Source: Clostridia bacterium
GTDB lineage: Bacteria > Bacillota > Clostridia > Christensenellales > UBA3700
Direction: 5' to 3'
DNA length: 64,000 bases
NCBI GenBank assembly: GCA_029060065.1
Contig: JAIDUT010000065.1
Span: 5,148-69,147 of the forward strand
Position numbers and translations under genes: made by a program. Positions within the stretch are counted from its first letter, which is position 1. Every line of letters starts with the position of its first letter. This document shows, in pieces, positions 14,430-22,919 of the stretch. Under the pieces are notes generated by a model. The model saw nothing but the letters and a program-made list of their open reading frames with translations, searched no databases and was not told where the DNA came from.

Positions 14430-17400
14430 ATGAAATTAACTAAAGGACGCAAGGTTACAGCGTTTGTCACGTTGTCAATTATGCTCGTCGCAGTAGTTAC
14501 TACGGCATGCTTATTGGCGGTGCCTATTGGGGGGGTATCACCCAATAATACATATGAGGCACCGGATTTTGTAGCGCCGATAAGCACGGCAATCGGTGAT
14601 GATAATCTTAAAATTGCTAAGGCAAGTTATACTTCGTCTAACTCATCGATAGTTTATATAGATTTTTATAAACAAAGCGGTAATTTAATTAAAACTTATG
14701 ACTATGGTTATGCGAGAATGCTTATCCCCAATACCATCTATATAGATAAGTCGGAGAACTTGTCAGACGCGCAGTATTATATTGCTTACGATACTTACGC
14801 AAAGTCAAATAATCACGACGGAGATAGGGTAGAACTCTTTGATAACCTCTTTGGTCTTTTTACTGGTACAACAAAACCCGGTGAAAACGATGACGTAAAT
14901 ACTATGCATAGAATGTTTGACGGTTACGGAACAGGTATTAGAGAGGCTATATTTGGGTCGCCGGATTCGGTATTGTCGTGGACGGCTACAGGACCATCAG
15001 GAGTAAAAACTAACAATTCAGTAACCGAAATAGAAGCTAGAGATAAGCGCATTACCACTATAGTAACACTTAGCGGAAAACCGGCAGATAAGTATCAAGC
15101 AGGTGGCGCGGATGCCGATTATAGTACGACAGGTAAAACAGGCACCTTTAGACATGGAGATAATTCATATACCTTAGGTTTCACAAAATATAAGAATTTT
15201 GGTAGTTGGCCTACCGTCATGACTCAAGATTATTTCGGTGATTGGGAGCATAACGGTGGCGCTAAAGGCTCCGGCGCTTTTAACGGCGGTACATCTGCCT
15301 CTACGGGTATAGTCGTACCTTCTTTTGAAGATGACAATATGTACGTTAAGTATCCTGAAATTAACGTATGTATTTACGATAAGTCCGAGTTATTCGCTAC
15401 AATCAAAAAATTCGAAAATAAAGCTTTACTCTCCGAATTGAACGGAGGAAATAATTCCGCTTACGATAGAGCTCAAGCGTGGCTTATTGCTGAAGGTAAA
15501 AAAGCATTTGAGGATGCAAAGTCTGTTTTCACGACGAGAGAAGTTTCTCAAGAAGTTATAAACAGCGCTACTGCAAAACTCAATGAATATATATTTGAAC
15601 TTGAAAGAGTTCAAGAATCCGAGATTCAGAATATGTCAAAGATTTATGACGATAGTACAATCCGCGCAGAAGATATTAAGACTATTGAAGGCTGGGAAAG
15701 ATTTGATTCTAAGTATTTCAATATCAAATTTTTGTTCGTAGTTGAGAATGGAGATAGCACTACATATAACGAGGTAGAGTATATCAACAAAGTAGGCACT
15801 TACGTTATTCAAGTTTCTCCTAAGAAAGAAGCTATTATGATTAACGGTGCGCAGTGGAAATTCTGTTGGACCGGCGACGGCGATCAGTATGAGTATATTT
15901 CAATAGGCTCTTTGATGGTCGGCAATGTTAAGTTGGTCGTCTCTAACGTAATGGCTACTGTAGAATTGCCTTACAAGAATTCCAACTACAGTATTACTTT
16001 TGCATCGATAGCGCCGGACGTAAACTATAACGGTAGCGGAACTGCTTCCGGTGGCGAAAAAAATAAGTATTTCCCTAATTTGTATGATGGCAACGTAGCT
16101 AAAGTTAAGTTATCTTTAGACGGAACCAACTATAATAGTGAATTGGTTCAAATGCAAAACATAGGAGATACGATAGTATATTACGAAGTCTCTTCCGACC
16201 CTAACTACGATCCTGTTTACGGTCAATTTACCGTATCAATCAAGCCGGCTGAGTTGACTTTGTCTTTTAGCGAAGTTTCGCAGATTTACGGCGATGCCAA
16301 GATGGATGCCGGTGACATCGTTGCTACAGGCAAGGTTTCGTGCGAAGCCAACTCCACGGAAGATACTACTTGGGCAAACGCGCTACTTAGTCAAATCTTT
16401 ACTTTGCGTGTCGGCGCGTCAGGCACTGTTTATAATGGCAAAGAATACTTGGATGCCGGCAAATACGATATTCTCGCTGTTGTCAACACAGAATGGCAGA
16501 ATAGAGTATCGGCTACCGTAAAATACAAAGATGACAACAACATCGGCGCATATGTAGTAAATGCTAAACCTGTTCATATCACTTGGTCTAATACCTCGTC
16601 TTACTACGACGGTCAGACCGGTCATAGATCGGTTGCGAACGTCGCTACGAGCGAATTGGTGGCTAAAGACCAGGCAAACAACTTGACGCTTACGCCGACG
16701 GTAAGCCTCAAAGACGGCGGTTCGGTAGTTTCAGCCGGCACTTATGACGTAAAAGTAGATTTTCATAATAGTAATTATACTTGCACTGACGAAGAGCTTG
16801 CGAACGGCGCATTTACAATCAATCCTCGTCCTATCTCGGTGACTTTATTCGACCGCAATAGAACGTACGGAGAAGGCGATTCTGCAAGCGTAACTTGGAG
16901 TAATTATCTTAAAAATTTCGATTCTACTATCGACGTTGACGGAGTATTTTCAACTGTTTTAGCTAATGGTTTGAACGATGGCAAAGCTCCTCTCGTAGAC
17001 CTTGCGTCCTCTATATTTAAGTTGAGTATCGGTACTACTGCGGACGACTATACTTCGGGTGACAGCGCTGATCCGACATTTGTAGCCTCTGATAGATATT
17101 TCAAGGTTAACGAAAATACGGGTTATGTTTTGACCATAGAACTTATCGACAGTGACAACAGTAATTACGTATTGGTAAACAGCGTTAGCGCTAAACTCTA
17201 CGTTCATCCTGCTAAAATTCTATTTACAGAAACCAGCTTGGAGTCTAAGTCTTACAACGGCGCAGAGCAAACGATTGCCATCGACAATGATAAGTTGAAA
17301 GCGAGAATGAGCGGTTACGAAAAAGCCAACTATGACACGCTTTTTGCCAACGGCGCGATCAAGGCTGAGTACAAGGTAGACGCTCCGTCTGCTTATGCAA

Positions 17401-20400
17401 CAAGCGGATATACTACCGATTTGAAGTTAAAACAAGCTACTACTTATGAAATAAGCTATAAGATTACTGCTCCTAACCATGAGGTTAGAGAGGGTAGCGT
17501 TAGAATACAAATCAATGCCGTAGACGTCTATATTGATTTTACTCCTTATGACGGCGCTCGTTACGGCGATGCAATACCTGATTCCGATACGTTGAAGAGC
17601 TTACTCAAAGTCAAGTTCTATTCATCGGCTGATAAGGCAAGCGAATTTGCATTTGCTGACGAGATATCTGTCAGATTGCTCGGCGGTGGTGGCGGTGACG
17701 ACACGCTTTACGGCGACAAAGTAACACCGGGTTCTTACAGCGCGTCTTACGTTCGTGACGCAGTTGTTGAAAATTACAATGTTCGCTATACGAGCAGAAA
17801 TGGCGCGGACAGCAATATTAACGTATATACTATAAAGCAAAAGGAATTGCATATTATATGGAAACAAACAGGCGCAGGCTGGGAGAGCGACGGCTTGACA
17901 TTTACATACAACGGTCACGCGCTTTCGGTAGAACCTGTTGCTGATCCTGCAGATATAGTATCGGGAGATTCCATCACTCCTGCTGAACCTACTTGGGATA
18001 AATCGGGCGGTAATGTAGGAACTTATAAGGCTACGACTTCTCTGTCTACGCAACTTAACAGAGAAAAATATACTATAGTCAACCCAACGCAGGAATTTAC
18101 TATAATTCCAAGAACTATTAAAGTTCGAATCAAGAACCAAACGGCTACTTACGGCAATGCTAGCACTGTACCGTTGGGAACTTCCTTAATCAATCCTGAC
18201 AGCGCTGACGCGCTTTGGGGCTACGATAGCGGATCGCTTCAGTTTGTAAACGGTGAGTATACCAACTTCAAACTTACTTCCGACGCGCAAAATCCGACAG
18301 GCGAAGCAAAATACGTTGATGTAGGCGATTATGATATTATTGTTGAGGCTGTGACCAAAGGTAGCCAAGCAGATCAAAACTACACCTTTGAAATCGTAAA
18401 AGACGGCGTAGAGGGCGAGAGTGGTTTCAATGCTACGTTTAGCATTACTCGCGCTACTATTCACTACACCGGTAGACAGTTCAATATCAAATATGACTTC
18501 GCGGATACGTCTAATAATACTGAAAAAAATTACGTTACTCAAAATCAAGTAAGAGCAAGAATATCTACGACTGTAGGTACTCCTACAAGCGAATTTAATA
18601 TTGAGATGACTAATTTGGTTCCTTGGACCGCAGAACTTGATGGCGTGGACGGTACGTACGGTGATACTCTTGGTTGGAATGAAATTGAGGAGACAGCCCC
18701 TGCGACAGCCGTTGGTCTATATTATCTATTTGTTAAGATCACGCACGAAACCAACTATGAGACGTTCTACTCCAAGATAGAAGTAAATATCCAAACCGAT
18801 TGGGTATCCATTACTATCATTGGCGACGGTATCAAGGCTAGTTACGGTGAAACGACGCATTCTTCCTCTGCAATTTTCCAAGAGTTGAAGGAACAAATCA
18901 CTTATATTGGCGGAATTGTGAATACTGAAACAAATCAAGAAGCTGACCGTGACTACGCTTTGAAAAAACTCGAAGAATACGTAAACAACAATCAGATTGA
19001 GTTCTTCGTAGGTATGGGCGATACGATTACCCAAATGACGACCAATGGTGACTTTGGCGACTATTCAATCTTTATTAAAGTGTTGGATAGCAGTCTGAAT
19101 ACTTATTTCCGTTTCTTGGACGAGAAGAACGAGTCGGGTACTGATAAACCTACGACTAATATCAACAAATATCACGTTGGTAAGAGAGTCGTCCAAATGA
19201 ATTGGGGCAAGGACGGAAGCATGGACGAAGTTTACGGCGCTCACAGCGACTCGTTGACCGATCCAAGCGCAAGTCACATCTATAGCGTTAAAAATCCAAT
19301 GCCCGGAGATAACGTTCGTGTAACCGTAACGTATCTTAAGAAAGAAAATGGAGTATGGGTACCATTACCTCAAGGCGAGCACACGCTTGAAGTAGGCGAG
19401 TATCTTGCAAGAGTTACCGCAGTATCTCACGACAATTACGAGGTACCGACTGGAGACGGAAACTGGCTTGAGCAAAAGTTCGAAATAACCAAAAAGTCGT
19501 TGACTATTAAGTTAATGGATCGCAATGATTTGAGTTATGGTGCTCCAAATGCTACTAAAGACAATATAAATAATTTCCTCAATGTGCAAGTTGCAGGAAT
19601 CACGCGTTATAACATACTTAACGGTGATACCTTTGCATATGACGATACTGTTACAGACGTGTTTAGGTTCGCTCTCGACTTTACGCTAGAAAGCGGTTAT
19701 ACCTACTTGCACGCAGGCGATTATACAATTACCTACGATAAGAGCTTTGTCAATCCTAACTATGACATTACGTTCCAAGAGGGTACGTTTAAGATAAATA
19801 AAGCTTCGGCTGACAACGTGCACTACACTCAAGCTCAACTCAATAACGTGACGTACAACGGCAAGAACTTCTCGCTCATTCAAGATGATATTTTAGACCG
19901 TATAACGTTGATTGGCGACGGCGTTAAATTGCTCAACGCATATCAAGCAATTAAGTTCTATTGCAGATTGCAAGGCGATACGGACTTCACTGAGAACCTC
20001 AGCGTAAAGGACGCAAAGACTTACACAGTTGACATAAAGATAGAAGCTCCGGATCACGAAGTGCAAACCATTACTGGAATCAACTTCACGATTCAGCAAG
20101 CTGTCGTTAAAATTTCTATGACCCAAACCGATAAGACTTACGGCGATACCCTCGCTGATATGCTTAACAAGGCTGGTTTGAGTTCTACAAGCACTTTGAA
20201 CGATTGGCTGAAGAAGAAGTGTAATATCAAACTCAGCTACACAGGTACGATTGAAGGCATCAACGAAGACTTTGAATTCATAGTAATTGACAGCGCTGTC
20301 GATCCTGATAATCTTACAGGCGTGACCCAACTTGTGCCTGGTACTAGTCACAACGTTGGCACGTACAGAGTATATGTCAATATTGATAAGCTCAACGGCA

Positions 20401-22919
20401 ACTATTCATTCGACTTCGAGCAAAAGGCAGGCGCAACCTTTAAGTGTAACGCTAATGCTTATCGCATCGTTCCAAGAGACGCTCAAGTTACTTGGAAGTC
20501 GGACAGTGAGGTTGTTGTAAGTGGCAACTTTAAGCCGGAATACACAGGCGCGCCAATCGTGCTTGCTCCGTACGTAACGGATATTGCTGATAATCAAGAG
20601 AAACAACTTGACGCTACCGGTAGAAATACCAATGTTGGCGCAGGTACGGCAAAAGTATCGGTAGATAAGACTAATGCAGATAATTTGTGGATGAACAATT
20701 ACAACTTCATTGGTGATACGTTCAATTATGAAATCCTACCTAAGAGCGTTAAAGTTACAATCAATGACCTTAGCGTTGGCTATGGACAAGAAGAATCTAA
20801 GCGTAGTTTCTGGGTAGATTTGAACGACGTTAATAGATTTACTTCCGATACTCAATTAATAGGTTCGCCTATCAGATTGTTTGTCAACGCTTCGACCACT
20901 AAAGAGTATCTTGGCGCAACGACTTATACCATTCAAGGTAAATGTAACTCTGATAACTATAAAGTAGAGTTCACAACGGGAACGCTGACAATAACTCCCG
21001 CTGACATCAATAACAACAATGAGAAGTCGCACTCTCAACCTTACAACGGCGGTGACTTTGTTGCCAACGTTAAGCAACTTTTGATTGACGGCAACTATTA
21101 TACGCTTGCCGGAGATATGACTTGGAATGACGCAACAGTAACGTATAACGTTGCAGACGCGACCATACAGGGCATTGGCACTAAAGAAGTAGAATATACA
21201 ATTAAACTTGCCAACCACGTAGATATCAAAGGCACGATTGAGATTGCGGTAACGCAAGCATTACTTGTAGCCAATGTTACCAAGGGCGCAAGTAGCGTAT
21301 ATGGTAGCAAAGTGCTCTCGTCAGCTCAATTGTTCAAGTACGTAACTTTGGATACAGACAATTCGACTTTGACTACTGTCAAGCTTGATTCGATTATCAG
21401 ACTCTCTGTAAATGTTGACGATACTTACAGCGATAGGTTGCTTAACAGAGGTTCGTATTCTTTAACTTACGAGTGGTTAGATGAGAGTTACAAGGCTTTG
21501 TATAACATAAGATTAAACAACAATGTAATCGGCGTATACGAAGTAACTCCAAAAGCAATCTCGTTCGTATGGAATTATGATGAAAATACCAAGTTTGTAT
21601 ACAACGGCAGTGGACATCGCGTAGAAGCTGTATTCAATGGCGTTATCAGCGATGATGATGTTAAGATTGGCTACTACAATAATGCGTCGGCAGTTAATGC
21701 AGGTACTTATAAAGCTTCCGCTCAGGGACTTATCGGTGAGGACAGTAGCAACTACGAGCTAGACTCTACGTCGACGCTTGAATGGAGAATATGGCCAAAA
21801 GAGATAGACGTTGAGTGGACCGCAGGTGACTTTACCTACAACGGCGCTCCTCATACCAGCGCTATTCAAAAGATGGCTGCCGCTAAGACAAGCGATTTGG
21901 TTGCAGGTGACGTTTGCGGAATTAACGTCAACGTTGAGTGGGACGATAGAATCTATGCAGGTAAGCATATGGCTGAGGCTAGTAGCACTAATCCAAACTA
22001 TGTTGTAAAAAAAGCTACTGCTACCTTCGAGTTTGAAATCAAGAAGGCTATGATTTATATCACTTGGAGCGATGACGTATTGTATTACAATGGCGAGCTT
22101 CAAGCTCCAAAGGCTATGATAGAAGGCAATCAGCTTGTTGCAGGTGACGTTTGCAACATTACCGTAGAAGGCGCTCAAAGGAACGTTAAGACCAGCGGTA
22201 ATTACGTCGCTACGGCTACTATAGACAATCCTAACTATGCTGTCGTATCAAGTAGCGCTTCCACAGCGTTCAACATAGCTCCTAAGGCTATCACCTTCAA
22301 TTGGGATGGCACTAATACCAACCTTATATATATCGGCGCTCCTCAAGCTCCTAGACCCAATGCTATAGGCTTAGTTGCGGGAGATGAAGTCGAGTTTGCA
22401 TTCGACGGTATGCAAGAGAACGTCGGTAAAGATTATATTGCTACGGTGACCGGCATAAAGGGCAACGCTAACTACGTAATCGACTGGGATAGCCAGACCG
22501 CTGTTGCGACTGTTACGTTCTCAATCGGCAAGGGCGTCAACGGATTCAAGGAAGAAGGATTCAAACTTCCTGCAATTCTTGATAAATTGCCTTGGATAGA
22601 CAGCGCTCCTGAAGTTAAGTTCGGTCAAGATAACCTTGTTGTCAAGTACTATTCTGACAAGAATTTGACTAAAGAAGTAACGAATATTGATAAAGCTGGC
22701 GAAGGTAAATACTGGGTTACGGTATTCGTAGCAGGTACTGAAAACTATGACGACTTCTATCAAGTATTTGAAGTTGAAGTTCAAGGTAACTTGAATATAG
22801 CAATCATTATCTTGGCTTCTGTTGCATCGGTACTATTGCTCGCAGGCGCTTTGATAGTAGTTCTTACTACCAATAAGTCCGGCAAAAAGAATAAACAAGA
22901 AGAAGGAGGCGCTGAATAA
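14430..22919 (+). CDS. Giant (2,829 aa) cell-surface protein: N-terminal signal/anchor, a roughly 600-aa non-repeat head, about 20 MBG-type (YG.. / YNG / YDG) repeat modules and a C-terminal TM anchor
   Basis: Hydrophobic N-terminus VTAFVTLSIMLVAVVTTACLLAV. Recurrent modules such as I.P..L.(V/I)....(Y)YGD/YGE/YGN and ...YNG...(P) occur from about nt 16230 to 22500. C-terminal TM IAIIILASVASVLLLAGALIVVL plus a basic tail. No LPXTG motif seen. RBS AGGAGGGGG. Confidence 0.85.
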   Translation: MKLTKGRKVTAFVTLSIMLVAVVTTACLLAVPIGGVSPNNTYEAPDFVAPISTAIGDDNLKIAKASYTSSNSSIVYIDFYKQSGNLIKTYDYGYARMLIPNTIYIDKSENLSDAQYYIAYDTYAKSNNHDGDRVELFDNLFGLFTGTTKPGENDDVNTMHRMFDGYGTGIREAIFGSPDSVLSWTATGPSGVKTNNSVTEIEARDKRITTIVTLSGKPADKYQAGGADADYSTTGKTGTFRHGDNSYTLGFTKYKNFGSWPTVMTQDYFGDWEHNGGAKGSGAFNGGTSASTGIVVPSFEDDNMYVKYPEINVCIYDKSELFATIKKFENKALLSELNGGNNSAYDRAQAWLIAEGKKAFEDAKSVFTTREVSQEVINSATAKLNEYIFELERVQESEIQNMSKIYDDSTIRAEDIKTIEGWERFDSKYFNIKFLFVVENGDSTTYNEVEYINKVGTYVIQVSPKKEAIMINGAQWKFCWTGDGDQYEYISIGSLMVGNVKLVVSNVMATVELPYKNSNYSITFASIAPDVNYNGSGTASGGEKNKYFPNLYDGNVAKVKLSLDGTNYNSELVQMQNIGDTIVYYEVSSDPNYDPVYGQFTVSIKPAELTLSFSEVSQIYGDAKMDAGDIVATGKVSCEANSTEDTTWANALLSQIFTLRVGASGTVYNGKEYLDAGKYDILAVVNTEWQNRVSATVKYKDDNNIGAYVVNAKPVHITWSNTSSYYDGQTGHRSVANVATSELVAKDQANNLTLTPTVSLKDGGSVVSAGTYDVKVDFHNSNYTCTDEELANGAFTINPRPISVTLFDRNRTYGEGDSASVTWSNYLKNFDSTIDVDGVFSTVLANGLNDGKAPLVDLASSIFKLSIGTTADDYTSGDSADPTFVASDRYFKVNENTGYVLTIELIDSDNSNYVLVNSVSAKLYVHPAKILFTETSLESKSYNGAEQTIAIDNDKLKARMSGYEKANYDTLFANGAIKAEYKVDAPSAYATSGYTTDLKLKQATTYEISYKITAPNHEVREGSVRIQINAVDVYIDFTPYDGARYGDAIPDSDTLKSLLKVKFYSSADKASEFAFADEISVRLLGGGGGDDTLYGDKVTPGSYSASYVRDAVVENYNVRYTSRNGADSNINVYTIKQKELHIIWKQTGAGWESDGLTFTYNGHALSVEPVADPADIVSGDSITPAEPTWDKSGGNVGTYKATTSLSTQLNREKYTIVNPTQEFTIIPRTIKVRIKNQTATYGNASTVPLGTSLINPDSADALWGYDSGSLQFVNGEYTNFKLTSDAQNPTGEAKYVDVGDYDIIVEAVTKGSQADQNYTFEIVKDGVEGESGFNATFSITRATIHYTGRQFNIKYDFADTSNNTEKNYVTQNQVRARISTTVGTPTSEFNIEMTNLVPWTAELDGVDGTYGDTLGWNEIEETAPATAVGLYYLFVKITHETNYETFYSKIEVNIQTDWVSITIIGDGIKASYGETTHSSSAIFQELKEQITYIGGIVNTETNQEADRDYALKKLEEYVNNNQIEFFVGMGDTITQMTTNGDFGDYSIFIKVLDSSLNTYFRFLDEKNESGTDKPTTNINKYHVGKRVVQMNWGKDGSMDEVYGAHSDSLTDPSASHIYSVKNPMPGDNVRVTVTYLKKENGVWVPLPQGEHTLEVGEYLARVTAVSHDNYEVPTGDGNWLEQKFEITKKSLTIKLMDRNDLSYGAPNATKDNINNFLNVQVAGITRYNILNGDTFAYDDTVTDVFRFALDFTLESGYTYLHAGDYTITYDKSFVNPNYDITFQEGTFKINKASADNVHYTQAQLNNVTYNGKNFSLIQDDILDRITLIGDGVKLLNAYQAIKFYCRLQGDTDFTENLSVKDAKTYTVDIKIEAPDHEVQTITGINFTIQQAVVKISMTQTDKTYGDTLADMLNKAGLSSTSTLNDWLKKKCNIKLSYTGTIEGINEDFEFIVIDSAVDPDNLTGVTQLVPGTSHNVGTYRVYVNIDKLNGNYSFDFEQKAGATFKCNANAYRIVPRDAQVTWKSDSEVVVSGNFKPEYTGAPIVLAPYVTDIADNQEKQLDATGRNTNVGAGTAKVSVDKTNADNLWMNNYNFIGDTFNYEILPKSVKVTINDLSVGYGQEESKRSFWVDLNDVNRFTSDTQLIGSPIRLFVNASTTKEYLGATTYTIQGKCNSDNYKVEFTTGTLTITPADINNNNEKSHSQPYNGGDFVANVKQLLIDGNYYTLAGDMTWNDATVTYNVADATIQGIGTKEVEYTIKLANHVDIKGTIEIAVTQALLVANVTKGASSVYGSKVLSSAQLFKYVTLDTDNSTLTTVKLDSIIRLSVNVDDTYSDRLLNRGSYSLTYEWLDESYKALYNIRLNNNVIGVYEVTPKAISFVWNYDENTKFVYNGSGHRVEAVFNGVISDDDVKIGYYNNASAVNAGTYKASAQGLIGEDSSNYELDSTSTLEWRIWPKEIDVEWTAGDFTYNGAPHTSAIQKMAAAKTSDLVAGDVCGINVNVEWDDRIYAGKHMAEASSTNPNYVVKKATATFEFEIKKAMIYITWSDDVLYYNGELQAPKAMIEGNQLVAGDVCNITVEGAQRNVKTSGNYVATATIDNPNYAVVSSSASTAFNIAPKAITFNWDGTNTNLIYIGAPQAPRPNAIGLVAGDEVEFAFDGMQENVGKDYIATVTGIKGNANYVIDWDSQTAVATVTFSIGKGVNGFKEEGFKLPAILDKLPWIDSAPEVKFGQDNLVVKYYSDKNLTKEVTNIDKAGEGKYWVTVFVAGTENYDDFYQVFEVEVQGNLNIAIIILASVASVLLLAGALIVVLTTNKSGKKNKQEEGGAE

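Noticed and set aside
16230-22500. Periodic sequence similarity across about 6 kb, which might suggest a repeat element or an assembly collapse.
   Set aside because: The repeats are divergent at the DNA level. They are in one continuous reading frame and correspond to protein-level MBG-type modules of the giant surface protein.
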